Shown: positions 44,529-54,721 of the stretch, piece by piece | Position numbering within the stretch: position 1 is the stretch's first letter | Layout of the letters: the number at the start of each line of letters is the position of its first letter | Origin: Candidatus Brocadiia bacterium | GTDB lineage: Bacteria; Planctomycetota; Brocadiia; SM23-32 | NCBI GenBank assembly: GCA_046538485.1 | Contig: JBKHIT010000001.1 | Coordinates: forward strand, 96,001 to 160,000 | Length of the DNA: 64,000 bases | Direction: 5' to 3' | Program-made: the position numbers and the translations under genes | The notes under the pieces: generated by a model | Told to the model about the DNA's origin: nothing | Databases searched by the model: none | What the model saw: the letters and a program-made list of their open reading frames with translations, nothing else

Positions 44529-45857
44529 CTATTCTTCACTCAAGGAAAGCCCGAGTTCGCTGAGTTTTGTTTTGATCTCTCCCACGCTGGTTCGACCAAA
44601 ATTTGGAGTTTCAAGCAGCTCTTCTTCCGTATGCTCCACCAGATCACCAACAGTCTCGATATTGAGCTTTTCCATACATTTGCGGCAACGAGTTGAAAGG
44701 CTTAAGAACTCCACCGGAGTATCCATTTTTTCCATCATTTCTTCCGTCTGCGTGTCAGCGCGGCCGGAATCTGCCTCTTCTGCATCGACCGTTTCTTCCC
44801 CGAGCGAGAGTCCGTGCCGCGACAACATATCTTTGATTTCCTGGAGACTTGTCTCGCCAAAATTCTTGAACTCCATCAATTCTTGTTCGGTTTTCCCTGC
44901 GAGGTCTTCAAGAGTCTCCGCTCCCAGTTTCTCCAGGACGTGCCGGCTTCTCGCGCTCAATTCGATATTCGAAACGGGGAGTTGCAGCAGATTCTCGTGC
45001 TTGCGCATACGGCGGCGCCGTTCTTCGTCGATGAACATATTCATGGAAGCCTCGGCATCCTTCAGGTACATACGCACTCGTTGGTGAGCTGGATCCATCG
45101 CGAGAACGCGCTTATAGCAATCGACCGCTTTGTCGAATTCCTGCCTGTCTTCATGAAGCACACCCAGATTGACCAGAGCGGCCACGAAAGTTGGTTTGAG
45201 GGAGGCGCACTTCTTATAAAGATCTATGGCTCTTTCGTCATCTCCGTTGAGGTCACAGTTAAGTGCGAGCCGAAACAAACTCTGGCGATGTTCTGGATCC
45301 CGCTCTATTGCTTCTTCATACCGTTCCATGGCCTCCCCATAATTCCCCTCTGTCTCCAGCGTTCGAGCAATACCATAAAGCCAGTCGGGGGCATCGTCGT
45401 GCGTCTCGCTGTACTTCTCACATAACTCTCGCGCCTTTTCGCTGTCGCGCTGATGACAATAAATATCCGTCAAAATCATATCCGTGACAAGATCATCATC
45501 GCCCTGTCTGCCCTTCTCCAGGAATTCGATGGCTTCCTCCATTCGGCCCAAAAGGCGGGCCACGCGCCCCAGAAAATGCGAGGCTGTTTTGCGAGTCTTT
45601 ATATCCTGTAGGTGATCGTAGGCTTTTTCGTTCTCACCAAGAGCATGAAAAACAATCCCGAGTTTCTCGTGAATGTCTCGTGCCTCGTCATCTGAAGCAT
45701 GCTCAAGCTCGGCAAGCAAACTTCTGGCCGCATCGTGAGTGGCATCAACCGTTTTAAAAGACTCGTAGATGCGCTCAAGCAACTCATCGTAGTTTTCACG
45801 ATTTATCGGTTGTTCCAAAAAATCTTCAGGCTGCATTTTTTCAGTGGTTTCAGGCAT
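44529..45857 (-). CDS. TPR protein with two C-terminal RNA polymerase alpha-CTD-like domains
   Basis: TPR helices followed by two repeats, LSARSRH..KNFGETSLQEIK and LSTRCRK..PNFGRTSVGEIK. Confidence 0.85.
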   Translation of the reverse strand: MPETTEKMQPEDFLEQPINRENYDELLERIYESFKTVDATHDAARSLLAELEHASDDEARDIHEKLGIVFHALGENEKAYDHLQDIKTRKTASHFLGRVARLLGRMEEAIEFLEKGRQGDDDLVTDMILTDIYCHQRDSEKARELCEKYSETHDDAPDWLYGIARTLETEGNYGEAMERYEEAIERDPEHRQSLFRLALNCDLNGDDERAIDLYKKCASLKPTFVAALVNLGVLHEDRQEFDKAVDCYKRVLAMDPAHQRVRMYLKDAEASMNMFIDEERRRRMRKHENLLQLPVSNIELSARSRHVLEKLGAETLEDLAGKTEQELMEFKNFGETSLQEIKDMLSRHGLSLGEETVDAEEADSGRADTQTEEMMEKMDTPVEFLSLSTRCRKCMEKLNIETVGDLVEHTEEELLETPNFGRTSVGEIKTKLSELGLSLSEE

Positions 45858-46200
45858 GTTCCCGGCCGGAAAAAGTGATGGAAAACACCAGGGCGAAAGT
45901 CGAGAGTATAATGAAGCGATTCCGTCCGAATCTGTTAGTTCACATTCAAAAATAAACCAGCTGAAACGCCCGCTTTACCCCTTACCTGGCGGGCAATTGG
46001 GACGATTCCGCCTTTTTACAGATCCAGCAAACAGGGAAATTGTCTCGTGAACATCGCTCGGGCATACTCCCTCTTGTAGTTTTTGGAAGTTAGCAGAAAG
46101 TTTGACGGCTGTCAAGCTATTTGCTATCGTAAGCTTGTTTGATGTGGTCTTTATTCTGGCCGGTCAGGCGGACAAAAGGTAACCGGCTTAAGGGGTTGTA

Positions 46201-47025
46201 ATGAAAAGAGTTAGAATCACAGAAGAAATAGACGTTGGTGAGGGGTTTCCGCTGCTGATCATTGCCGGACCGTGCGCGATCGAATCAAGCGAGCTCTGTC
46301 TCCAAATTGCAACGAAAATGCGGGAGATTTGTGGCGAACTGCACCTGCCTTATGTGTTCAAATCGTCTTTTGACAAAGCCAACCGCACCAGCGCCAGCTC
46401 CTTTCGTGGACCCGGTATTGAAGAAGGATTGCGGGTACTTGAAGATGTCCAAACACAGCTCGATATACCGGTTCTCACCGATATTCATTCTCCCCCGCAG
46501 GCAGAAATAGCCGCCGAAGTGGTCGATTTGCTGCAGATACCGGCTTTCCTCTCCCGTCAGACGGATCTCTTGTTTGCCGCGGCCGAAACAGGTCTCCCTA
46601 TCAACGTGAAAAAAGGACAGTTCCTGGCTCCCGAAGATATGCAGCATGTGGTCAAAAAAATCACCGGACGGGGAAACTCCAAAGTGCTTCTGTGCGAACG
46701 AGGAACCTGTTTTGGATACCACAATCTCGTGGTGGATTTCCGCGGTATCCCAAGAATGCAGGAAATCGGGCAACCCGTCATATTTGACGCCACTCACTCA
46801 ACTCAAAGACCTGGCGGAGAAGGGGATAAAAGTGGTGGAAACCGTCAAATGGCTCCCGTGCTGGCCGCTGCTGCGGTCGCTGCCGGGGTGGACGGACTCT
46901 TCATTGAAACTCATCCCGACCCCGAAAAAGCTCTCTCCGACGCTTCCACTATGCTTCCGCTTGAATCAATGCCAGAGCTGCTGAGAAGAGCCCAAAAAAT
47001 CGCCGAGGTGACGACAAACGCCTGA
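46201..47025 (+). CDS. kdsA: KDO8P synthase
   Basis: IAGPCAIES, KSSFDKANRTS, QIPAFLSRQTDL, KKGQF, DATHS. Confidence 0.96.
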   Translation: MKRVRITEEIDVGEGFPLLIIAGPCAIESSELCLQIATKMREICGELHLPYVFKSSFDKANRTSASSFRGPGIEEGLRVLEDVQTQLDIPVLTDIHSPPQAEIAAEVVDLLQIPAFLSRQTDLLFAAAETGLPINVKKGQFLAPEDMQHVVKKITGRGNSKVLLCERGTCFGYHNLVVDFRGIPRMQEIGQPVIFDATHSTQRPGGEGDKSGGNRQMAPVLAAAAVAAGVDGLFIETHPDPEKALSDASTMLPLESMPELLRRAQKIAEVTTNA

Positions 47026-47120
47026 TATATCCGAAGCGGCATAGCCGCCTTCGGACCCCCTGCTGAAGCTTTTGCCATCCCCGAAAAAGAAAGCTTCAAA
47101 GATTCTTGAAAGGCATCAAG

Positions 47121-47735
47121 ATGGATCGAATCGGGATCTTTGGCGGATCTTTCAACCCTGTCCACGTGGGCCACTTGTTGCTGGCCGAACATGCGCGACA
47201 AGAAGCCGATCTGAATTCGGTTTTGTTCATCCCTGCTTGCCAGCCTCCCCATAAACGCACCGATCGCCTATTGCCAGCCCACCACAGATTGCAAATGTTG
47301 AAACTCGCGATAGCAGAAAATCCTTCTTTTGAAATCTCCACCCTTGAACTCGACCGCGAAGGGCCTTCCTACACACTCATCACTGTGCGAGAACTTAAAG
47401 CACATTACCCGGATAAAAAGCCGGTCCTCATTCTGGGCAGTGATAGCATTCTGGATCTTCCCAATTGGTGGCACGCGAAAGAACTGGTTCAAGAAATTGA
47501 ACTCCTTGGTATGAATCGTCCCGAACACACACTTGAAAACACAGAAAACCTGGCTGATCGCTTTGGCGAGGAAATAACCCGACAGCTTCGCGGTTGTATC
47601 ATTGAGGCCCCGCTCATCCAGATCTCTGCCACTGAAATCCGACACAGAATACAGCAAAATAAGTCAGTTCGATACATGGTTCCCGAACAAGTCCGGACCT
47701 ATATAGAACAACATCAGCTCTACGTGGAAACCTGA
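47121..47735 (+). CDS. nadD: Nicotinate-nucleotide adenylyltransferase
   Basis: GIFGGSFNPVHVGH, PPHK, SYT, ISATEIR. Confidence 0.95.
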   Translation: MDRIGIFGGSFNPVHVGHLLLAEHARQEADLNSVLFIPACQPPHKRTDRLLPAHHRLQMLKLAIAENPSFEISTLELDREGPSYTLITVRELKAHYPDKKPVLILGSDSILDLPNWWHAKELVQEIELLGMNRPEHTLENTENLADRFGEEITRQLRGCIIEAPLIQISATEIRHRIQQNKSVRYMVPEQVRTYIEQHQLYVET

Positions 47736-47818
47736 ACGTTAAATCGGTTGTCAGATTACATGCGTTCCCTATAATATAAGTTCCTTGAAGTTGTGATTAT
47801 GGTTACGGAGATGCAAGT

Positions 47819-49078
47819 ATGGACGAGACCACGTGTCAGGACTCAGCTTTGAGCGCAACGGATGCGGCCATGGCAAGCGCCATCGATTCCGAAAGACAGC
47901 GGCAGCACGAACAGATTGAACTGATCGCCTCCGAGAACTACTGCAGTAAAGCCGTTCGTGAAGCGATGGGGTCAGTTCTAACAGATAAATACGCGGAGGG
48001 ATATCCGGGGGCGCGCTGGTACGGGGGATGCGAGTGGATGGACAAAGTCGAAAAACTCGCCATCGAAAGGGCGAAAAAACTCTTCGGCGCCGAGCACGCC
48101 AACGTCCAACCACATTCGGGAAGTCAGGCAAATATGGCCGTCTACATGGCCGCCGTGCGTCCGGGAACAAAAATACTTGGTATGTCGCTCGCGCACGGAG
48201 GGCACCTTACTCACGGCCATAAAAGCAACTTCAGCGGAGAACTCTATCAGTTTGTAAGCTACGGGGTCGATCGAAAAACCGGCATGATCGACTACGATGA
48301 AGTGCGACGAATCGCTGAAGAGAATAATCCCGGGCTCATCATCGCCGGAGCAAGCGCTTACAGCCGTGCCATAGATTACGAACAGTTCCGCGATATCGCC
48401 GACAAAGTCGGTGCTTTCCTCATGGTCGATATGGCACATATCGCCGGCCTGATCGCGGCAGATCTCCACCCCGATCCGGTCCCCCACGCCGATTTTGTCA
48501 GTTCCACAACACACAAAACGCTGCGCGGACCCCGGAGCGGGTTCATCCTGTGCAAAGAAGAACACGCTCGCCAGGTCGACGCCTCGGTATTCCCGGGAAT
48601 CCAGGGCGGACCCCTCATGCACGTCGTCGCCGCGAAAGGGGTCGGCTTTCTCGAAGCGATGAAACCCGAATTCAAAGAATACCAACAACAGTGTTTGCTC
48701 AACTCGCGCGCGATGGCTGAACACTTCATCGAACGGGGCGTCCCGCTTGTGAGCGGGGGAACTGATAACCATCTGATGCTCCTTGACCTGAGCAACCGGG
48801 ATATCACAGGGAAAGAAGTCACGGATACCCTCGCAATCGCCAATATCACAGTCAATAAAAATGCTATCCCCTTCGATCCGCGAAACCCGGCCGAAGCAAG
48901 CGGTATCAGAATCGGAACACCCGCTATCACGACGCGCGGGATGAAAGAAGATGAAGTCTGTCAGATAGCAGACTGGATCGTTGATATTCTTACCGCAAGC
49001 GACCCGGAAGCGACTGCCCGGAAAGTGCGTGGAAAAACCCAGGAACTTTCTGCCGCTTTCCCCATTCACGGTTTTTGA
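47819..49078 (+). CDS. glyA: Serine hydroxymethyltransferase
   Basis: [37 protein letters not shown]. Confidence 0.97.
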   Translation: MDETTCQDSALSATDAAMASAIDSERQRQHEQIELIASENYCSKAVREAMGSVLTDKYAEGYPGARWYGGCEWMDKVEKLAIERAKKLFGAEHANVQPHSGSQANMAVYMAAVRPGTKILGMSLAHGGHLTHGHKSNFSGELYQFVSYGVDRKTGMIDYDEVRRIAEENNPGLIIAGASAYSRAIDYEQFRDIADKVGAFLMVDMAHIAGLIAADLHPDPVPHADFVSSTTHKTLRGPRSGFILCKEEHARQVDASVFPGIQGGPLMHVVAAKGVGFLEAMKPEFKEYQQQCLLNSRAMAEHFIERGVPLVSGGTDNHLMLLDLSNRDITGKEVTDTLAIANITVNKNAIPFDPRNPAEASGIRIGTPAITTRGMKEDEVCQIADWIVDILTASDPEATARKVRGKTQELSAAFPIHGF

Positions 49079-49181
49079 AATACCCTTTCGTCAGCTCAGC
49101 CGTCGGGCAGCCCGATAATCCACCTTTAGCCAGTATCTCTCTCAGACGATGGCAGAACTGTCCCCCGAAAGGTGAAAAAAT

Positions 49182-50174
49182 ATGAACCAAAAACTGAATG
49201 TTGCATGTTTCGGAAACAATGGACACCAGATCCTCGGAAAACTTAAAGGCCATCCCAAAGCCAGACTGGCTGCTGTCGGCAAAATCTCACCCCAACAAGT
49301 CGAGAAAAACCTTGGTTCTGAAGCCGCGTCAACAGTAAAGTTCATCGACGATCTGGATTCGATTATCAACGACGAAGAGATCGACCTGATCTCCCTGTGC
49401 TCACCTCGGCGTGACCAGCAATGCGACCACGCAATCGAATGTTTGCTCGGTGGGAAACACGTGCTGGCCGAGAAACCGGCCGCTTTCACGATCTCCCAGC
49501 TTGACAAACTGCGCGCCGTAGCCGCAGAAAGCTCCACGCATTTCCGACAAATGGGATCCTGCGGAGAAGAGAAGATTCTCGTCGCCATCCGCGAACTCGT
49601 CGACTCCGGCGAGCTGGGAGAAATTGTTCACGTCTTCGCACAAAAGAGTTATCCCTACCACGATGGTCGACCGCAAGATCGCGGAATTGATGGTGGATTG
49701 ATCCGTCAGGCCGGGATCCACGGCGTCCGGTTCATCCAGTGGGCGACGGGGCTGCGGGCAACCCGGACCTCAGGAATTGATACAACAACCGGCAACCCCA
49801 AAAATGGCCGCCTGCAGATGGCTTCTTCCGTCTCGCTCGAACTTGAAAACGGGGCCGTCGCCTCACTCCTGTGTAATTACCTCAACCCCAACGGCATCGG
49901 CTATTGGGGTAACGACCAGCTGCGCGTATTCGGCACAAAAGGAATGGTGGAAGCAGTCGACGGATTCAACCGCTGCCGCATGATCCTGGGGGAACATGAT
50001 CCTCAACCCATACCGAACATCACGGATGAATTCCCGGATTTTTTCGACACCTATGTCGACTTCATCACCAGGGGGACTCCCATGCCCTATTCTCCGGACG
50101 ATGACCTGTATGCCCTCCAAACCGTGATCCGGAGCCAGGAAGCCGTCGATTCGGGAACCATCCTGGATATTTGA
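49182..50174 (+). CDS. Gfo/Idh/MocA oxidoreductase
   Basis: GKHVLAEKP, DGGLIRQAGIH. Confidence 0.85.
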   Translation: MNQKLNVACFGNNGHQILGKLKGHPKARLAAVGKISPQQVEKNLGSEAASTVKFIDDLDSIINDEEIDLISLCSPRRDQQCDHAIECLLGGKHVLAEKPAAFTISQLDKLRAVAAESSTHFRQMGSCGEEKILVAIRELVDSGELGEIVHVFAQKSYPYHDGRPQDRGIDGGLIRQAGIHGVRFIQWATGLRATRTSGIDTTTGNPKNGRLQMASSVSLELENGAVASLLCNYLNPNGIGYWGNDQLRVFGTKGMVEAVDGFNRCRMILGEHDPQPIPNITDEFPDFFDTYVDFITRGTPMPYSPDDDLYALQTVIRSQEAVDSGTILDI

Positions 50175-50207
50175 AGACACACCAAATTTATTTCCCGGCC
50201 CCACCCC

Positions 50208-51470
50208 TTAAAGAATGCCACTCAGATCAGCAACATAGACCCGCCGTGTACCATCGGCAAAACCGTTGAACGCAATCCGGCGATAATCCCGATCCCAGGC
50301 AGGATGCGGATCGACACGCAAAGCAGACTCCCCGCCCTGGTGTGAGGTCTCCGTACGAATTCGGATCAAATGTGTCTCCTCGCGTTTTCGCCGATCAATC
50401 CAGCGGATTGGAATCGTGCCATCGCCATACGCGACAGGCTCAGTGATGTATGAGTCGGTAAGAATATGGCGTCCGTCAGGATGAACCGTTGGATGACCGC
50501 CGCCCGGAGGATCGTCAAAAAGCTTCCTCACAAAAGACCCATCACACGCCGCCTCGCAGAATTTCATCCCGTCTCCGTCCATATTTAGATTGAACGAAAT
50601 CTTCTGTCCATCCGGGAAGAAATTGCTGTGATGTCCCCCTTTCTCCCAGTACTGCGCTGGAACGGCATCATGGATATCCGTACCATCGGGGCTAAGAGTC
50701 AGCACCTCGAAATGTGTCGGCCACATGGCAAATTCCTCATGCGGGGGCGTATGCCGCAACGAAAACATCAGCCGCTGCCCGTCCGGGGTGAATTTACTGT
50801 GAAAACCATAAGTTTCGCCTCGCTCGTATTCATCCATATCGATACGATCCGAACATGCTTCTACTGCCTCTCTGATCGAAATCACCATGTGCATCTCGCC
50901 GCTCTCGGTATCGGTCAGATACAACCCATCATCTTCCTTCAATCCCTGATTCCGCGCCACCAGTTCGTCCGGAATCATCACACCATATCCCGTTTGAGTC
51001 CTCCGCATGGTCGTCATATTGGCTGAAACGAGCCATTTACCATCAGGAGAGGCCTGATAAACGCATCCCTCCAGACGCTCCCGTTCCCCGCTGACCAGAT
51101 CGAATTTGACCGCAAATGGTTCCCACGTCTCCAGGTCTACGTCATTGTAAAACAGGGTCGAATCGTCGCCGCCCCAGTTCAAATTAGCCCCCATCTGCGG
51201 CTCCCACCCGCACGTTGTGTCAATCACGCGTTCTTCCCCATCTTCGAGATCTACCACCACGATTTCCCCCATGTCTCCGGGTTCCGGACAACGGTCTTCG
51301 AACGGCATACGGAACACCGCCACAGACCGTCCGGATGGACTAAAAGGCGAGGTGTCGAAAAACCGATGGATACAACGTCGCTCCTCAGGCGTGATGCACC
51401 AGACGGGAATTTTCGGATTGTAGTCTGTATATCGCGGGAAATCATCCAGGGCCATTGTGAACTCCTTCAT
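50208..51470 (-). CDS. TolB/oligogalacturonate-lyase-like beta-propeller protein
   Basis: Repeated FSPSG/SPDG/FTPDG/HPDG blades; DPHPAW at the C-terminus. Confidence 0.6.
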   Translation of the reverse strand: MKEFTMALDDFPRYTDYNPKIPVWCITPEERRCIHRFFDTSPFSPSGRSVAVFRMPFEDRCPEPGDMGEIVVVDLEDGEERVIDTTCGWEPQMGANLNWGGDDSTLFYNDVDLETWEPFAVKFDLVSGERERLEGCVYQASPDGKWLVSANMTTMRRTQTGYGVMIPDELVARNQGLKEDDGLYLTDTESGEMHMVISIREAVEACSDRIDMDEYERGETYGFHSKFTPDGQRLMFSLRHTPPHEEFAMWPTHFEVLTLSPDGTDIHDAVPAQYWEKGGHHSNFFPDGQKISFNLNMDGDGMKFCEAACDGSFVRKLFDDPPGGGHPTVHPDGRHILTDSYITEPVAYGDGTIPIRWIDRRKREETHLIRIRTETSHQGGESALRVDPHPAWDRDYRRIAFNGFADGTRRVYVADLSGIL

Positions 51471-51562
51471 GATCCAGTCTGAGTGTCCATTACTTTATAG
51501 AATTTCTTTTTTGGCCGAGCAAATCCCATCTCCCCCGGGAAACACGCTGGATTTGCGGCCAA

Positions 51563-52423
51563 TTACCAGCTTTTGGCCAGAAGAATCAAAATCAACCAGA
51601 AGAACCCGAGGAAAATCGCCCAGCCCGTCGCCTTTTTGCCTTCCAGACGTTCCTCGCTTACAAAAAGTGTCCGCGCGCACCACCCTCCGAGCAGAAGGCC
51701 AACCACAGAGATCGCAATTGAGAACGGCATCGGCAACAAAAGCCCCACCGGTCCGGCCGCGCTCACCATGAGCGCGTAATCGGCCAGTGGATAGTCTATC
51801 GGCCGCCTTTTGGCCGGCCGTTCAGTGGGCTCCACCCGCAGGTCTTGACCGCAATTCTCACAGAAATTGTCGTCCGCAAAAACGGTGCGACCACAATGCC
51901 AGCATTCGACTTCAACAGAAGGGGCTTCCGCCTCCTCCAGTTCCGTTTCCTCAGGCGGTTCGGTCCCGATTTGCGTGCGGGAAATCCTTTCCTGCTCCCG
52001 CGCCGGAACAGCTTCCTCTTCACGCACCCGGATTATAGCCCCCTCGCCCTGCTCTGTCCCGGTGGAATCCTCATGCGCGGACGGTAGAGCCTTAGGTGTC
52101 TGATTCTGCTCGATCTCTTCGCGGCTGATTGGACGGCCATCCGGCCGGAAGAGTTCCGCCCCCTCTTTTCCCTTCGAGGTGGCAATTACGGCATTCTCAA
52201 TATGCAGAACCTGCTGGCGCCTGTCTTCGGAGCGCCCGTCCAGAAACTCGCCGCAGTGTTTGCATTTAATGGCCTTCGCTTTGATCAATTCCCCGCAGAA
52301 CGGGCATTCTTTTTGTTTCTCACCCCGAATCGTCATCTTATGACAATACGGGCAACGTGCGGTATCCACCGGGATAACGTGCCCGCAGTGACGACAATAT
52401 TTGACCTCGATCCGATCCGGCAT
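51563..52423 (-). CDS. Zinc-ribbon-containing membrane protein
   Basis: Multiple CxxC pairs (CPFCGELIKAKAIKCKHCGE) and C-terminal TM helices. Confidence 0.7.
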   Translation of the reverse strand: MPDRIEVKYCRHCGHVIPVDTARCPYCHKMTIRGEKQKECPFCGELIKAKAIKCKHCGEFLDGRSEDRRQQVLHIENAVIATSKGKEGAELFRPDGRPISREEIEQNQTPKALPSAHEDSTGTEQGEGAIIRVREEEAVPAREQERISRTQIGTEPPEETELEEAEAPSVEVECWHCGRTVFADDNFCENCGQDLRVEPTERPAKRRPIDYPLADYALMVSAAGPVGLLLPMPFSIAISVVGLLLGGWCARTLFVSEERLEGKKATGWAIFLGFFWLILILLAKSW

Positions 52424-52688
52424 CAGACCACTCCTCGCTCTGAGAACATTGATTCAGTTTTAAAAATTCAGCGGGGACAAATTCAACAGATCCCGGCAAC
52501 AGTTCTGTCAGCAATTCAAGGTATCCGCCGAGCTACCTCAGTGCAACATAATATCATTCCTCGTGTGATTTTCGCGGCGTATAATTATCCGAAATATGCG
52601 GGAAAGAAATCGAGAAAAGCTTGAAACTATATTTTTGTATAGTATACTGCCTGTGTCGTCTGGTCGATTTCCAAAAGGAGGAACACAG

Positions 52689-54035
52689 GTGGAACAACCG
52701 CACATTCTTCATGTGTATCTTGATGCGTTTTTTGCCTCGGCAGAACGTGTACTCTCGCCCGAACTGAAAAACAAACCAGTCATTGTCGGAAGCGCTCAGG
52801 AAAACCGTGGTGTGGTTGCATCGGCTTCCTATGACGCCCGTTCGAAAGGTGTAAAAGCCGGGATGCCCATTTATCAATCTCGCCGGCTCTGCCCTGAGGC
52901 CGCCTACCGGCCGGGAAATTATTCGGAATACAAACGGCTTTCGCAAGAGGTCTTTGCTATCCTTTGGGAATTGACGCCCAAAGTGGAACCGGTTTCCCTG
53001 GATGAAGCTTATCTTGATGTCTCCGGCTGCGAACGCCTTCACGGAAGCCGCGGGGCAGGCCCACTGGGTCGGCTCCCTTTCGCCATGATTTCTGGTGGCA
53101 CCTATGTGCGTCAGGAAACCGATGCTCTTCCGCCCCCCAAACGGACCCTGGTCCCCCGCCATCACCGGTGGATCAGCGCCCTGGCGATGACCATTAAACA
53201 GACCGTGCGAACCCGCACAGACCTCACCGTATCGGTCGGATGTGCGACCAACAAACTGGCTGCAAAATCCGCTTCTGATTTTTGCAAACCGGACGGACTT
53301 GCATTGATAACACCGGGCACAGAAGAACAGTTCTTTCTGACACTGCCCCTTGGAGAGATACCTGGAATTGGCCGGGCCACGAGAGAAAAATTCCACAAGT
53401 GGAACGCCCATACCGTCGCCGAAGCCCGTCACCTCCCGCGCTCGCTGCTGAAAACAGCCTTCGGAGACCGAGGCTGTTCCATCCATGCCGCTTTGAGAGG
53501 CCAGGGCGAAACGGAACTGACCCTGCCCGAACATCCCCGTTCTTTAAGCCGGGAGAGGACATTCTGGACGCCCTCCAACGATCGCAATTTTGTGGAAAGT
53601 ATGCTCTTCTATCTCACAGAAAGACTCGGGAAAACGTTGCGCAAAAAGCAACTCGTCGGCCGAACGGTTCACGTAAAACTCCGCTACAATGATTTCACGA
53701 CCGTAGAACGCTCGCGATCGTTGAAAACACCTGCTGATCTCGACGAGGAAATTTTCCCGGTCGCATCTCATCTCATGGATCGGCGCTGGGACCAGAGACG
53801 TCGTCTGCGGCTGGTAGGAGTGAAAGTATCCGACCTCCGACCTAATTGTCAGCGCCAACAGAAACTTTTCGATGACAAATTGGAGCGGCAACGACGAATC
53901 GATCGATGCGTGGATGAGCTGCGGGACAAATTCGGATTCAACGTGGTTCAGAAAGGTCTCTCAATTGCCTTGAATTCGAGGCTTGAACGAGATGATAAAG
54001 GGTTTCAACTCCGCACGCCCGCTCTCTCGCAATAA
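52689..54035 (+). CDS. dinB: Y-family DNA polymerase IV (DinB)
   Basis: DAFFAS, RGVVASASYDAR, SLDEAYLD, KLAAKSASD..KPDG, IPGIG. GGAGG precedes GTG 52689. Confidence 0.92.
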   Translation: MEQPHILHVYLDAFFASAERVLSPELKNKPVIVGSAQENRGVVASASYDARSKGVKAGMPIYQSRRLCPEAAYRPGNYSEYKRLSQEVFAILWELTPKVEPVSLDEAYLDVSGCERLHGSRGAGPLGRLPFAMISGGTYVRQETDALPPPKRTLVPRHHRWISALAMTIKQTVRTRTDLTVSVGCATNKLAAKSASDFCKPDGLALITPGTEEQFFLTLPLGEIPGIGRATREKFHKWNAHTVAEARHLPRSLLKTAFGDRGCSIHAALRGQGETELTLPEHPRSLSRERTFWTPSNDRNFVESMLFYLTERLGKTLRKKQLVGRTVHVKLRYNDFTTVERSRSLKTPADLDEEIFPVASHLMDRRWDQRRRLRLVGVKVSDLRPNCQRQQKLFDDKLERQRRIDRCVDELRDKFGFNVVQKGLSIALNSRLERDDKGFQLRTPALSQ

Positions 54036-54129
54036 GGGGTAACTTGACTCATTACAACCCGATGCTAAAATGCCTGCTCAGGGTGGTACGTTAACCGGCA
54101 AAAATAATAACTCCGAAGGAGTCTGTGCA

Positions 54130-54687
54130 TTGATCGAAGCTGGAAATATAAAAAATGGAAACGTCATCGAATACGAAGGATCTCTCTGGGTTGTCCTCGA
54201 TACACAGGTAACATATGTGGGGAAAAAAGGTGCCTATTCCCAGATCAAAATGAAGAATTTGGATGACAAACATATCGAAACCGAACGGTTCTCCACATCC
54301 GACAAGCTTAAAAAAGCCTTTCTTGAATCGCGCCGGATGACATATCTCTATGAAGATACTGCTGGTTACGTTTTTATGGATCCCGATACTGGTGAGCAAA
54401 CCACTCTCGATCGTGACATGATGGAGGGGCTTGTTCAGTACCTGCCATACAATGCGGAAGTACAGGTAGAATTTTACGAAGACCGAGCGATCTCTATCGA
54501 GCTGCCACCAAATGTCGAACTGGAAGTGACCGATACCGACCCGGCGATCAAAGGGGATACAGCCACAAGCGTAACAAAACCCGCAACTGTCGAAACCGGC
54601 CTGACCGTCAAAGTCCCCGGTCACATCAAACAAGGTGAAAAAATCAGGGTCGATACAAGATCGGGGGAATTTCTGGGACGCGCCTGA
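54130..54687 (+). CDS. efp: Elongation factor P family protein
   Basis: YLY..YVFMD, PAIKGDTA, KPATVETG, VPGHIKQGEKIRVDTRSGEFLGRA. Confidence 0.92.
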   Translation: MIEAGNIKNGNVIEYEGSLWVVLDTQVTYVGKKGAYSQIKMKNLDDKHIETERFSTSDKLKKAFLESRRMTYLYEDTAGYVFMDPDTGEQTTLDRDMMEGLVQYLPYNAEVQVEFYEDRAISIELPPNVELEVTDTDPAIKGDTATSVTKPATVETGLTVKVPGHIKQGEKIRVDTRSGEFLGRA

Positions 54688-54721
54688 AAACATAATCTCT
54701 CACTGGATGGGTGGATAGAAC

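Noticed and set aside
47978..49069. 363-aa minus-strand ORF
   Set aside because: Antisense shadow of glyA.
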